64,000 bases of DNA, taken from Pseudomonadota bacterium (GTDB lineage: Bacteria > Bdellovibrionota_B > Oligoflexia > Silvanigrellales > Silvanigrellaceae). Below are positions 29,114-39,719 of the stretch, piece after piece. Made by a program: the position numbers and the translations under genes. Each line of letters starts with the position of its first letter. The first letter of the stretch is position 1. The notes under the pieces were generated by a model, which had not been told where the DNA came from, ran no database searches, and saw nothing but the letters and a program-made list of their open reading frames with translations. The stretch covers positions 1 through 64,000 of the forward strand of contig JBDLRP010000006.1 of assembly GCA_039799905.1 (NCBI GenBank), written 5' to 3'.

Positions 29114-30543
29114 GTGCGCGGCTCTCCCGTATCGGCGCGGCGATCATTTTCAGGATCGATACCGAAGCTTTTCAACTTGCGATAAAGATGACTGCGCTCA
29201 AGACCAATCCTCTCGGCGGTCTTGGATATATTGTAGTCGTTGTCGCGCAGCTTGCTGATGATGAACTGCTTTTCAAATTCAGCTCGGGCATCGCGAAAAT
29301 TGTCGACCGAAACCCAGGATGGAAGAGTGATTCCAGAAGAATCACGCCGTTCGGAGAGTCCATCCGGAAGATGGTGAGCGTCGATAATCTGGTCGGCAAC
29401 CATGATGCTCAAACGCTCCATGATATTCTTGAGCTCGCGAATATTTCCAGGCCAGCTGTAAGCAAGCAGACAACGCTCTGCCGCCGACGAAAACCGCTTT
29501 GTCGGCACGCCTTCCTCGGCACTGAATATGCCAATGTAATAATTCGCCAGAGCGATGATATCCTGACCGCGTTCGCGCAACGGTGGCAGCTGAATCGGAA
29601 TTACATTGAGGCGGTAAAACAAATCCTCACGAAACTCACCCTTGCGGATTGCCTCCTGAAGATTTTTGTTCGTCGCGGCAATCACCCTGACATCGACGTC
29701 AAGTGAATCGTCACTGCCAATCCGCTCAAAGCGCTGCTCTTGAAGCACACGCAGCACCTTGCTCTGCACCTTGAGCGACATATCGCCAATCTCATCGAGA
29801 AAAATCGTACCGCTATTGGCTTGTTCGAATTTACCGCGTTTACTCTGCATGGCTCCGGTGAAGGATCCCTTTTCAAAACCGAAAAGCTCCGACTCGATGA
29901 GATCCTCGGGAATCGCCGCGCAGTTAATCGCAACAAATTGTTTTCGCGAACGCTGGCTTCTCTCATGAATTTGTCGCGCGACATTTTCCTTGCCTGTGCC
30001 GTTCTCGCCGGTGATCAGCACAGTTGAGTTTTTTCCGGCCACAACTTCGACAGTCTCACGAACTTGGGTCATGGCCTTGGATTCGCCGATGAGCCGGTAA
30101 CGCTTCTCCATGCGCATCCGCAGATTCGCATTTTCCGCACGCAATGAGCGGATGCGCAAAGCGTTCTCGACACTCATCAGCAATTTTTCAAGGCTGAGGG
30201 GTTTTTCCAAAAAGTCTATGGCGCCCAAGCGGGTCGATTTGACCGCAGTCTCGATATTCGCATGGCCCGAAAGCATAACGACACTGACATCGTTGCCCTG
30301 TGCGCGGATCTTTTCGAGAACCGACAATCCGTCGATATCCGGCAACCAGACATCCAGCAAACAAACCTCAGGCATTTCACGGTTGAGCAATTTGAGGCCG
30401 CTTTGCGCGTCGTGCGCGACAGAGACCTTGTGGCCTTCATCGCGGAGGATGTCGGCAATCATGGAACAAATCTCCCGTTCATCATCAATGATCAGCACTT
30501 TGCCCGTGTATGACGAAACGTTCTCGTTGTTCTGTATGTTCAA
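29110..30543 (-). CDS. ntrX: Sigma-54-dependent response regulator (NtrX-like)
   Basis: REC domain (LDVWLP), AAA+ motifs GENGTGKE, ESELFG, GSFTGA, Fis HTH. Confidence 0.85.
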   Translation of the reverse strand: MNIQNNENVSSYTGKVLIIDDEREICSMIADILRDEGHKVSVAHDAQSGLKLLNREMPEVCLLDVWLPDIDGLSVLEKIRAQGNDVSVVMLSGHANIETAVKSTRLGAIDFLEKPLSLEKLLMSVENALRIRSLRAENANLRMRMEKRYRLIGESKAMTQVRETVEVVAGKNSTVLITGENGTGKENVARQIHERSQRSRKQFVAINCAAIPEDLIESELFGFEKGSFTGAMQSKRGKFEQANSGTIFLDEIGDMSLKVQSKVLRVLQEQRFERIGSDDSLDVDVRVIAATNKNLQEAIRKGEFREDLFYRLNVIPIQLPPLRERGQDIIALANYYIGIFSAEEGVPTKRFSSAAERCLLAYSWPGNIRELKNIMERLSIMVADQIIDAHHLPDGLSERRDSSGITLPSWVSVDNFRDARAEFEKQFIISKLRDNDYNISKTAERIGLERSHLYRKLKSFGIDPENDRRADTGEPRT

Positions 30544-30564
30544 ACCATTCTCCCCGCAGAAGCC

Positions 30565-32715
30565 TCAAGCCGGAAGGGCGATGCTGAATATCGTACCACG
30601 CGGTTCATTGGCTGACACCCAGAGGCGCCCTCCATGCTCATGAACAATCTGCTGAACAATCACCAGACCAAGCCCCGTTCCAGTGCGTTTGGTGCTAAAA
30701 TAGGGCTCAAAAATCCGCTCACGAACGGCCTCGGGAACGCCATGCCCCGTGTCGACCACGGAGATCTCAACCTCCGGACGAGCGCCTTGCTGCACCTGCA
30801 CCCTGACTACGACGCTCTTGGCGTCTTCGAGCCCTGATGAGGCAGAGACTGCATTCGAGATGAGATTAAACAGAGCACGGCTGACTTGCTCAGGATCATA
30901 ACGGAGCTCAATAACCGGAAGCGGAGTCTGAGCAGCAATCCTTTGAAAGGCACCCGAGGCCTCGTCAAAACACTCAAGCATGACGTTGACCTGTTCAAGG
31001 TTGTCGGAGAATCCGGCAACCGTCAGCCGCAATGTGTCGAGGATATTTCCAGTCTTCAGTCGCGGACCGGGCATGCGCGCAACAGAAACAAACTCATCAA
31101 CAAGCTGACGGATCGTGTCCGAGGACTGAACGATCACGCGCAGACTTTCACGCATGATCTCATGCTCCTCTCCTTGTACCTTACCGAGAATTCTTCTTTC
31201 CAGCCTCTGTGCTCCAAGCAGAATAGGCGTCAGTGGATTCTTGATTTCATGGGCGACCTTGCGAGCCACTTCACGCCATGCAGCAAGTCGCTGTGCACGC
31301 GCGATGTCTGTCACATCCTCGATGATGACAAGAAATGCTTTCTGTTTATTGGGCTTGACTAGCGCGTGCGCCGTGACGACCAGCTGACAATCCCTTGCAA
31401 AAATTCTACCGGAAAATTCACTGACAACACGGCGCTCGACGCCGTCTATCAACGGAAGCAGCAATAATGGCCTCAGCCAGTTCAGATAAAAATCACGCGG
31501 AAGGAGATCTCCCAGCGGCCTGCCCTGTGCTGTGCGTTCTTCCATGAGGAACAACCGTTCCGTGGCCGGATTGCAGGCTTCAAGCCGGAGCTGATCATCG
31601 ACGGCAAGAACGGAAGCCTGAACCTCCTGCAATACCGATGCATAATATTCAGTCTTCTCACTGAGCAGAGCCGCCTTGACCTCCAATTCATGCGAGGATG
31701 CACGGGCACGCTGATTTGCATCACGTAGGTCAAAAACCATCGAACGGAAACTTCGCGCCAGCTGGCCAAGTTCATCATCTGAGACGATGTCATCTATTTT
31801 TACTTCGTAATTTCCGGCGGCAACCGATTCAGTGGCCAGTGCCAGCGATTGCAGAGGACCCGTCAACTCGCGAGCGATGGTCACTCCCAGCCAGAGCGCA
31901 GAAAAGATCAGCAGCACCGTGATGGCACCGAGCAGGATGTAATAACTGAGCCGCAACAGCTCGATGCCCGGCTGCGCCTGCGAAACCTCGAGTGTCAGAA
32001 ACTGCCACTGCGTGTGGATCGTCGGCGGCGCGACAATACCGACAAATTTATCGCCGTTGCGCGCGACAGCGACAAATCTGGTTTTGTTGAGTGGCAGCCA
32101 TTTTGGTTCGTCACTCAGTTCGGATCGATTTTTGAAGATGACGGATTGAATTTCAGGAAGAAAATCTTTGTATCTGTCGTTGAGGACGAGCGACGTCTTG
32201 CCTACTTCGTCAACAGGAATCACGAAGTCCACCAACTGTTTTTGTGCCGGCGAGTGAACAGAGTTCGCAAGTACTGCAAGAAGTTTTTCGCGGTATTCGG
32301 CTTCACTTTTCAAACTCGCCGTCGACGTCTGCTCGACACTCGGTGGCAGCCAGCGCTCAAAGTGGGCATTGACGAATTTTGTCGAGATGTAGAGTAGAAT
32401 GAGGGTTGGAACCAAAGAGAAGAACAGGAAAAGAGTGACCAGACGAGTGCGCAGCGAACTTCCGAATATAGCCCTTTGCCGCTCGACGACCAGCTTGACC
32501 GCATTGCGGAAACTCAAAAAAATCAAAACAAATGCGAGCAGTGCGTTTAGGTTCACGACACTGAAAAACAAGATCACCGAAAGAAACGACTGGTTCTGCA
32601 GTACGGCGGTCAGTCCGTCAAAGATTCGCGTTTCAATCCACGTTCCCAGAACGAACAATGACAATGCAAATAGCAGGGCACTGGCCAGTCCGATGACACG
32701 CGTCGTGTTGCTCAT
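30565..32715 (-). CDS. ntrY: Sensor histidine kinase (NtrY-like; HAMP, PAS, HisKA)
   Basis: AWREVARKVAHEIKNPLTPI, FEPYFSTKRTGTGLGL; TM segments; adjacent to ntrX. Confidence 0.85.
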   Translation of the reverse strand: MSNTTRVIGLASALLFALSLFVLGTWIETRIFDGLTAVLQNQSFLSVILFFSVVNLNALLAFVLIFLSFRNAVKLVVERQRAIFGSSLRTRLVTLFLFFSLVPTLILLYISTKFVNAHFERWLPPSVEQTSTASLKSEAEYREKLLAVLANSVHSPAQKQLVDFVIPVDEVGKTSLVLNDRYKDFLPEIQSVIFKNRSELSDEPKWLPLNKTRFVAVARNGDKFVGIVAPPTIHTQWQFLTLEVSQAQPGIELLRLSYYILLGAITVLLIFSALWLGVTIARELTGPLQSLALATESVAAGNYEVKIDDIVSDDELGQLARSFRSMVFDLRDANQRARASSHELEVKAALLSEKTEYYASVLQEVQASVLAVDDQLRLEACNPATERLFLMEERTAQGRPLGDLLPRDFYLNWLRPLLLLPLIDGVERRVVSEFSGRIFARDCQLVVTAHALVKPNKQKAFLVIIEDVTDIARAQRLAAWREVARKVAHEIKNPLTPILLGAQRLERRILGKVQGEEHEIMRESLRVIVQSSDTIRQLVDEFVSVARMPGPRLKTGNILDTLRLTVAGFSDNLEQVNVMLECFDEASGAFQRIAAQTPLPVIELRYDPEQVSRALFNLISNAVSASSGLEDAKSVVVRVQVQQGARPEVEISVVDTGHGVPEAVRERIFEPYFSTKRTGTGLGLVIVQQIVHEHGGRLWVSANEPRGTIFSIALPA

Positions 32716-32749
32716 TTTTGAGTCGCTCCCGTGCTGCCCTGCTTGAAGG

Positions 32750-33274
32750 TCAATTCTCGCCCGACGGAACAATGCGGACGTCTGACCATTCCGGATGGTT
32801 GGCCATCTGCTGCGAATCCGGCACACCGCCGGCGCGGCGGAGTGATTCGGGAAGCGGAATTGGTTTGCCGCTTTTCAAGTCAACAGAAACGAGGCGCAGT
32901 TGAGCGATAAAATGAGTCTGACGATCCATGTCGAGAAAGGACTCAGTGCCTTCATTGACTTGTGTTTGCCGATCGGCGCTGACAATCTTCTGGATCACTT
33001 TCAGGCTGCTTTTACGGACGGCAACAAGTCGGGTTTCGACGCACATTTTCGCACCGAACTGCAGCGGAGATAGATACTTTCCATGAATTTCGGCCACAAC
33101 GAAGGCAATTCCGTCCTTAAGGCACTGTTCGAACGGAACGCCAATTTCGCGCATAGCATGGCATCGTGCCCGCTCAAGATATTTGAGATAGTTGGGATGA
33201 TGAACAACTCCACCTCCATCGATGTCCTCAAATTGGACCTCAATGGGCAGGCGGCAGGTCGAATTCCAACGCAT
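32750..33274 (-). CDS. Acyl-CoA thioesterase (YbgC/4HBT family)
   Basis: FEDIDGGGVVHHPNYLKYLERAR. Confidence 0.88.
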   Translation of the reverse strand: MRWNSTCRLPIEVQFEDIDGGGVVHHPNYLKYLERARCHAMREIGVPFEQCLKDGIAFVVAEIHGKYLSPLQFGAKMCVETRLVAVRKSSLKVIQKIVSADRQTQVNEGTESFLDMDRQTHFIAQLRLVSVDLKSGKPIPLPESLRRAGGVPDSQQMANHPEWSDVRIVPSGEN

Positions 33275-33294
33275 GAGGGGTCCCCGGGTAGAAA

Positions 33295-34083
33295 ATGGTT
33301 TTGAATTTTGCTGAAGCACTTGAACGTCTACTACCTGTTGTTGACGACGTCTATTCGCGCTGGTCGAAGGATCGTGACCAGCTGCAGGCAGCGCACGAGG
33401 CGCATCCCGAAAGTCCGCGCATCAGCTGCAAAAAAGGCTGCGGGGCCTGCTGTCATTTCCCAATCATTCCGGCGACTGCCGGCGAGGCCTTTGTACTGTT
33501 GGCTCGCCTGCTTGCCGAAGGACAATCGGTCACGGACCTGCATGCACGGTTTATGCCCTATGCCCGCCGATATCTCGAACGTGCCGTGCGAGAAAATTCT
33601 CTGCCCATGACCGACGAACAGCAACGGCTTTTTCTGCGCGAGAAACTTCCATGCCCGATGTTTGTCTCCACTCCGGAGACCGGCGCCCTCGGCGGTCATT
33701 GCGGGATTTTTCACATCCGGCCACAGATCTGTGACTTCTTCCACAGCCTCGACCACCCTGATCTTTGCCTTCACAAAAAGCCACATGGCTCTTTTGCCGA
33801 CATCACCCAGCGTGGGCATGAATCGCTCGACGAGTTGCGCGATGCCGAACGCAGCGTTTTTGGCAGGAGCACACTCGGTCATTTGCCACTTTTGGTCGCT
33901 GCCCTTTTGACGGATGCAGGCCTGAAATTGTTCCTAACCGTCGTAGAACCAGACAGTGCCGTTGAAAATGCGCAGGACATTGAGGATTTTAGCTTGTACG
34001 TCGGTCTGCTTGAGTGTCTTGGATACGGATGGGGAGACGGCGACTGGGCCTCCCTTGCCAAAGCACAAGCAGAGGTGATTTAA
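33295..34083 (+). CDS. YkgJ-family cysteine cluster protein
   Basis: CKKGCGACC ... CPM ... CGIFHIRPQIC. Confidence 0.8.
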   Translation: MVLNFAEALERLLPVVDDVYSRWSKDRDQLQAAHEAHPESPRISCKKGCGACCHFPIIPATAGEAFVLLARLLAEGQSVTDLHARFMPYARRYLERAVRENSLPMTDEQQRLFLREKLPCPMFVSTPETGALGGHCGIFHIRPQICDFFHSLDHPDLCLHKKPHGSFADITQRGHESLDELRDAERSVFGRSTLGHLPLLVAALLTDAGLKLFLTVVEPDSAVENAQDIEDFSLYVGLLECLGYGWGDGDWASLAKAQAEVI

Positions 34084-34126
34084 GGCGCGCGAAGGGCGAT
34101 TTTTTGCTTGGAAGGAGCAGACCACT

Positions 34127-35137
34127 ATGAGCACAAAGAAGACATTAACACTCATCCCCGGGGACGGCATCGGCCCTGAAATCAGTGAGGCTGTCACCAA
34201 AATACTCGACGCTGCGGGATTACAGGTGAGTTGGGACCATCAGGAGGGTGGAGAAGTCTGCGCATTGGCCGGACGGGGAGTCATGCCGGACGCAACCATC
34301 GACTCCATTGCGCGCCACAAAATCGCCCTCAAGGGCCCTACTACGACGCCGACGGGCGGCGGACATCAAAGTGCGAACGTTACGTTACGCAAGCGCCTCG
34401 ACCTATACGCAAACGTGCGGCCCGCAAAGAGCCTGCCTGGCTACAAGACAAAGTTCGACAACATCGACATGATCATCGTCCGTGAAAACACGGAAGACAC
34501 CTATGCCGGCGTTGAACACATGGTCGCCCCGAATGTTGCTCAATGCCTCAAGATCATCACCTGGGAAGGCAGCGAGCGTGTCGCACGCTACGCTTTCGAA
34601 ATGGCCCGCAAGCTCAAGCGCAAGCGCGTCACTTGCGTTCACAAGGCCAACATCCACAAGCTTTCGGACGGATTGTTTTTGCGTGCGCACGAAAAAGTTG
34701 CCGCAGAATTTTCCGACGTGAATTTCGACAGCATCATTGTGGATAACCTGTGCATGCAGCTGGTGACCCGCCCCGAACAATTTGATGTTTTGGTTCTGCC
34801 CAACCTTTATGGAGACATTGTTTCCGACCTCTGTGCAGGATTGGTAGGCGGCCTGGGAGTCGCACCCGGCGCGAACATCGGCAACAACGGCGCGGTGTTT
34901 GAAGCTGTGCACGGATCGGCACCCGATATCGCCGGTCAGGGAAAAGCAAATCCGACGGCATTGCTGCTTTCTGCAGTCATGATGTTGCAACACATGGGTG
35001 AACTGTCGATGGCAGAGCGCATTGAGAAGGCTCTTCACACAGTCCTTGGCGAAGGAAAATCACTCACTCGCGACCTCAAGGGTACGGCAAGCACCACGCA
35101 ATTTGCCGACGCCATCATTGCGGCACTGAAGAAATAA
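34127..35137 (+). CDS. Isocitrate/isopropylmalate-family dehydrogenase, probable NAD-dependent IDH
   Basis: PGDGIGPE, SANVTLRK (isocitrate-type S/N), RENTE, HKANI, EAVHGSAPDIAG (Asp-Ile NAD-type motif). Confidence 0.88.
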   Translation: MSTKKTLTLIPGDGIGPEISEAVTKILDAAGLQVSWDHQEGGEVCALAGRGVMPDATIDSIARHKIALKGPTTTPTGGGHQSANVTLRKRLDLYANVRPAKSLPGYKTKFDNIDMIIVRENTEDTYAGVEHMVAPNVAQCLKIITWEGSERVARYAFEMARKLKRKRVTCVHKANIHKLSDGLFLRAHEKVAAEFSDVNFDSIIVDNLCMQLVTRPEQFDVLVLPNLYGDIVSDLCAGLVGGLGVAPGANIGNNGAVFEAVHGSAPDIAGQGKANPTALLLSAVMMLQHMGELSMAERIEKALHTVLGEGKSLTRDLKGTASTTQFADAIIAALKK

Positions 35138-35147
35138 GGAAGATAAA

Positions 35148-35468
35148 ATGACCAACGACACACGACTGATTTCCGGAGTAGACATCTTTGTTGAAGCGCC
35201 GTTCACCGCAGGACTTCCTGCGCAAATTGGCAATCTCAAGCTCGCCCATATCTCGAGCCGCGGCACAAAACTCAAAGGCGCCGAACTCGAAAAAACAATT
35301 CTCGACGTTGGCTGGCTCTGCGCACGGTACGTATTCGATGCGCCTGTCAATCATGGGGCGGAGGCGGATGCCGCCATTTGTCAGGTGGTTCAGAAAGTGG
35401 GCTCGCAGTTCAAATGGTCAAGCCTCATTAAGCTTTACTCACAAGACGGCAAACCGCAGTTTTCGTAA
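35148..35468 (+). CDS. Stand-alone protein resembling the C-terminal domain of long (Thermus/Rickettsia-type) IDH
   Basis: GVDIFVE, LKLAHISSRGTK, WLCARY, FKWSSLIKL..DGKPQFS; own AAGGA SD. Confidence 0.75.
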   Translation: MTNDTRLISGVDIFVEAPFTAGLPAQIGNLKLAHISSRGTKLKGAELEKTILDVGWLCARYVFDAPVNHGAEADAAICQVVQKVGSQFKWSSLIKLYSQDGKPQFS

Positions 35469-35490
35469 CCAGTGAATGGACAGGCAAACT

Positions 35491-35528
35491 AAAAAGGCGT
35501 GACAGCAAACTGCGGTCACGCCTTTTTT
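35491..35528. terminator. Bidirectional intrinsic terminator between the two IDH units
   Basis: AAAAAGGCGTGAC-AGCAAACTGCG-GTCACGCCTTTTTT. Confidence 0.88.
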
Positions 35529-35546
35529 ACGTTCCAAGGGAACGAA

Positions 35547-36779
35547 TTACATGTGCTCGCAAATCGCCTTGGCGAACTCACTGCACTTCACCTCACGTGC
35601 ACCGGCAAGCTGACGGGCAAAGTCATAGGTCACAACTTTATCTTTCAGCGTAGCCTCGAAAGCCTTTTCAATCAGCTGGCAAACTTCCTTCCAGCCGAGA
35701 TATTCAAACATCATGACACCGCTCAAAATGACACTTCCCGGATTGACCTTGTCCTGACCGGCGTATTTTGGTGCCGTGCCGTGGGTCGCCTCAAAAACCG
35801 CAAAACCGTCACCGATATTTGCTCCCGGCGCGATTCCCAGACCGCCGACCTGTGCGGCAAGAGCGTCTGACAAATAATCACCGTTGAGGTTTGTTGTGGC
35901 CAGAACGTCATATTCATCGGGGCGAAGAAGCGCCTGCTGGAACATATTGTCGGCGATCGCATCCTTGATGAGAATTTTCCCCGCAGGAACCTGACCCTGA
36001 CACTCGTCCCAAGTCACGCAGAAATCGCGGAACTCTTCTTTGGCCACTGCATAGCCCCAGTCACGAAAGGCACCTTCGGTGAACTTCATGATGTTGCCCT
36101 TGTGCACCAGCGTCACGCTCTTTCGCTTGTTTTCGATTGCGTAGCGGATGGCAGCTCGCACGAGCCGCTTTGAGCCGAACTCACTCACGGGCTTGATTCC
36201 CAGACCTGAGTCTTCACGCACTGTTCTGTTGAAGGCAGTCTTCAAAAAATCACGCAGTTTGAGCGCCTCGGGGCTGCCCGATTTGAACTCAATTCCAGCA
36301 TAAATATCTTCCGTATTCTCACGGAAGATAACCATGTCGACTTTCTGGGGTTCGCGCACAGGAGCGGGCACGTTGGGGTACCACTTCACCGGACGGACAC
36401 ATTGATAGAGGTCGAGAGTCTGCCGCAATGTCACGTTCAAACTGCGGATACCGCCACCGACGGGAGTGGTGAGCGGACCCTTGATCGACACGCGGAATTC
36501 ACGCAGCGCATCGACTGTTTCCTGCGGGAGCCAGTCGTTGTATTTTTGAAAGGACGCTTCACCCGCAGGAACTTCCATCCAGTGAATTTTGCGCTTGCCG
36601 CCGTAGGCCTTGGCAACCGCGGCATCAAAAACCAGCTGGCTCGCAGCCCAAATGTCCGGTCCGGTACCGTCGCCGCGGATGAATGGAATGATTGGTTCTG
36701 CGGGAACATTCAGCTGTCCCTTGCCATCGACGGAAATTTTTTGTCCGGCGTTCGGCACTGAAATTAGTTTGTAACTCAT
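35547..36779 (-). CDS. icd: NADP-dependent isocitrate dehydrogenase (E. coli type)
   Basis: [49 protein letters not shown]. Confidence 0.96.
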   Translation of the reverse strand: MSYKLISVPNAGQKISVDGKGQLNVPAEPIIPFIRGDGTGPDIWAASQLVFDAAVAKAYGGKRKIHWMEVPAGEASFQKYNDWLPQETVDALREFRVSIKGPLTTPVGGGIRSLNVTLRQTLDLYQCVRPVKWYPNVPAPVREPQKVDMVIFRENTEDIYAGIEFKSGSPEALKLRDFLKTAFNRTVREDSGLGIKPVSEFGSKRLVRAAIRYAIENKRKSVTLVHKGNIMKFTEGAFRDWGYAVAKEEFRDFCVTWDECQGQVPAGKILIKDAIADNMFQQALLRPDEYDVLATTNLNGDYLSDALAAQVGGLGIAPGANIGDGFAVFEATHGTAPKYAGQDKVNPGSVILSGVMMFEYLGWKEVCQLIEKAFEATLKDKVVTYDFARQLAGAREVKCSEFAKAICEHM

Positions 36780-36783
36780 AAGT

Positions 36784-37752
36784 TCACCCTTCCTGCTCAA
36801 GGCGGTTTAAACAAACCCGAAAATCATCGGGTAAAGGAGCATCAAATGCAAATGTCCTGCCGTCCGCCTCCTGCCAGCTGATGCTCTGTGCATGCAGCAT
36901 ATGACGGGCTGCCCATTGCCCGCAGGGGTGACCGATAACGTTGTTTGCGTAGGTTTTATCGCCAAACAAGGGAACACCGAGAGCCTGCAGGTGCACCCGG
37001 ATTTGATGCGTCCGGCCGGTTTCGGGCCGACACTCGATGAAGCTCGCCTGCAGCTTTGGAAATGTTTTGAGAACCAGATAAGCGGTGATTGCCGACTTTA
37101 CATCTTTGCTCTTTACTTGAGCGGAACGTGCAGAGGAAGCACCCATCACGGCCATATAGGTGTTGGCCCGCGACGAATCTTTGCGAATTGGCCACGTCAA
37201 ATCACCCTCGAGCGCTGACGGAATTCCCAAGGCAAGTGCGACGTAGCTCTTCTTCATCTTTCGCTGCAAAAAAAGCTGCTCCAACTGATTTTGCGAAGCC
37301 CTGCCCCTGGCAATCAGCATGACACCCGATGTGTCTTTATCGAGCCGGTGCACAAGAAAAAGATCATCCAGTTTATACTTATTCGGGTATTGGCTGCACA
37401 GAGCGTGAATGACCGTGTCTTCGCTGGAGGTCAACGTCGCCTGTGATGGCAGACCGGCAGGCTTGTTTATCACCAAAAATTGTTGAGTCTCGGCAAGCAC
37501 TGTCACTGGGATACTTTTCACCTGATCACTCTTGAGTGGCCGTTCTTCATCCCAAAACAGCTCGATCAGGTCGCCCTCCGATACATTTTTCTTGGCAATC
37601 ATGACCCTTTTTTTGTTGAGATATGCGCCACCGCGGTCAATAATCATTTTTATTTTTTTGCGCGAGAGCGCTTGGCACAACGCCGAGGCAGCAACATCAA
37701 AACGCTCGCCGTTGAGAGAGGCTGGCACCTGTGCTTTAATCTGACCTAGCAT
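36784..37752 (-). CDS. RluA/RluD-family pseudouridine synthase with S4 domain
   Basis: [32 protein letters not shown]. Confidence 0.93.
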   Translation of the reverse strand: MLGQIKAQVPASLNGERFDVAASALCQALSRKKIKMIIDRGGAYLNKKRVMIAKKNVSEGDLIELFWDEERPLKSDQVKSIPVTVLAETQQFLVINKPAGLPSQATLTSSEDTVIHALCSQYPNKYKLDDLFLVHRLDKDTSGVMLIARGRASQNQLEQLFLQRKMKKSYVALALGIPSALEGDLTWPIRKDSSRANTYMAVMGASSARSAQVKSKDVKSAITAYLVLKTFPKLQASFIECRPETGRTHQIRVHLQALGVPLFGDKTYANNVIGHPCGQWAARHMLHAQSISWQEADGRTFAFDAPLPDDFRVCLNRLEQEG

Positions 37753-37780
37753 TCACAACCTCATTCGGGGAGAACAACTG

Positions 37781-38605
37781 ATGGTGTTGGCAAAATTTTT
37801 TGCCCGGACACGGATTGCGGTTTCGCTTGCGTGCGCAGCAGGCTGCCCACAGGCATTCGCTGCAGAGCCGGTTGCCCATACAAAAACGGTGAAGCAGGAG
37901 CTGAACAACGGCATTACTTACTGGCTGGATGCAACTTTTTCAAATAAAAAAGTTCATATTGTGCAGATTGATTTGACCAACCCTAAGATAAAATTTCGCG
38001 CATCGACGAGCCAAGAGCGCGGCATGACACCCTCTGAATTTGCCGCAAAAACCGGCGCCATTGCAGTCATCAACGGTGACTTCTTTGATGCCGCACAGCG
38101 AACGATTGGCCTTGCCGCAGGGCTAGGTTCTGTCTGGCCAAACACTGCCGACACAAAAGAGTGGTCTTTCTTGGCATGCACAGACAACAACAGCTGCTTC
38201 ATTGACCCATTCAACACCGTCACCCCGCATCAACCGGCTTGGACGAGCGTTGTCGGAGGATGGCAAATTCTCATTGATCCGGATTTTGAATGGAGCAAGG
38301 CAGACGACTCCGAGTGTGGAGATTTTTGTCTCGTCGAACATCCGCGCACAGCGGTCGGACTCAATGCTGACCGCAGCAAAATGTGGTGGGTGATGGTGGA
38401 AGGCAGGCAAGGTGCACTCACGGGATTGACGCTCGCAAATACCACACGCGTATTCAAAAAACTCGGGGCCACATGGGCGCTGAATCTCGATGGCGGAGGC
38501 AGCTCGGGACTTATTCTCAACGGCCGCCGAATCAACGGCCGTCCGTTCAACGAACCTCAGGAACGCAGAGTCGCAAATAGTCTTGCAGTGATTGCCACTC
38601 CCTGA
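37781..38605 (+). CDS. Exported phosphodiester glycosidase (NAGPA-family) protein
   Basis: INGDFF, HPRTAVG, VEGRQ, ALNLDGGGSS; signal peptide. Confidence 0.85.
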   Translation: MVLAKFFARTRIAVSLACAAGCPQAFAAEPVAHTKTVKQELNNGITYWLDATFSNKKVHIVQIDLTNPKIKFRASTSQERGMTPSEFAAKTGAIAVINGDFFDAAQRTIGLAAGLGSVWPNTADTKEWSFLACTDNNSCFIDPFNTVTPHQPAWTSVVGGWQILIDPDFEWSKADDSECGDFCLVEHPRTAVGLNADRSKMWWVMVEGRQGALTGLTLANTTRVFKKLGATWALNLDGGGSSGLILNGRRINGRPFNEPQERRVANSLAVIATP

Positions 38606-38611
38606 ATGCGC

Positions 38612-39697
38612 TTACTGCGGCGGCTCTGCAATGAGGGCTGTTAGATCCTTGGCAAATGATGTTCGCTTGTAGAAATCGGTCTGCTCTCCGCCGTCGGGCT
38701 TGAGTTGAATTTCAATCAACGCGCCAATATCGGTGCGGCCAATCAACAACCGCTTGTTAGTGCGGGCAATGAGACCCAGCGGTGTTTTACCCATATTGTT
38801 GACGCCCGAATAAATCTTCGTTGCATTGCTAAGATTGGTGCCATCGAAATCGTAGCGCATCAGCAGCGGATTGGTTTCATGTTGATACAATACGTACACT
38901 TTCCCATCGGAATTTTGCATCACATTGACGGCCTTGTGCTGAGCAGTTGTTTCTGGACCATCGCCATAATTCAAAGTTCCCTTACAGGTCACAGCCCCGG
39001 AACTCAGAGTCAGGATGTTGATCCGGGGGACCGTTCCACTGGATAAAAGCGCGATTGCAGAAGTGTCACCACCCTGAATCAAAGCGGAATGGTTGACACT
39101 GTCTATCGGGCAACCTGTTGCGGCGGGGGATGATGAAGAGAAAAACTCATCTGCGCTAAGACCGCCATCACTGTTGTATCGGATTGATTTTATGCCGGTG
39201 CCAATTTGCGCGTGTAGAACTCCGCTCTGAAAGCCAGTCACAAGCGACTTTGCGCGTAAGGACTTGAATGCCGCCTTGATTGAACTTTCTGCACCCCAGG
39301 CTTTGTTCTTTACCAATGCCGATTTCACATCGAGGGTACCCAACGTTTCTTTGTCCGTTCCCGCATCAACAAAAAACATCAGCGTTGACGCATCGAGAAA
39401 ATGAAACGCCGTAATGGGTCCGTAATCCAAACCCGCTTCAAAAAGATCCACCGTCAGCGAAAGGCGACCACCACCATCAAAGCGAACGGCAATCGGACCA
39501 CCACCGTCTTTGGGATTTGCCGCCAACCAAAAGGACACAGCGTTTGTCTCGGGAGCTTCGGTCGCAACTGGTGTGGGTGTCGGCGTGGGATTGGCATTGT
39601 CCGCACCCTTGGAAGACTCTTTTCCGCATGAAATCGCTGAGGCGACAAAACCAAGTGCAACCAGCGAAGGTAAGTATCGGCTCTTGAAAATGTTCAT
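38612..39697 (-). CDS. Hypothetical lipoprotein, beta-rich
   Basis: Lipobox-like SAISC followed by a PT-rich linker. Confidence 0.7.
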   Translation of the reverse strand: MNIFKSRYLPSLVALGFVASAISCGKESSKGADNANPTPTPTPVATEAPETNAVSFWLAANPKDGGGPIAVRFDGGGRLSLTVDLFEAGLDYGPITAFHFLDASTLMFFVDAGTDKETLGTLDVKSALVKNKAWGAESSIKAAFKSLRAKSLVTGFQSGVLHAQIGTGIKSIRYNSDGGLSADEFFSSSSPAATGCPIDSVNHSALIQGGDTSAIALLSSGTVPRINILTLSSGAVTCKGTLNYGDGPETTAQHKAVNVMQNSDGKVYVLYQHETNPLLMRYDFDGTNLSNATKIYSGVNNMGKTPLGLIARTNKRLLIGRTDIGALIEIQLKPDGGEQTDFYKRTSFAKDLTALIAEPPQ

Positions 39698-39719
39698 GAC
39701 ATTCAGCCTTTCACACGGT

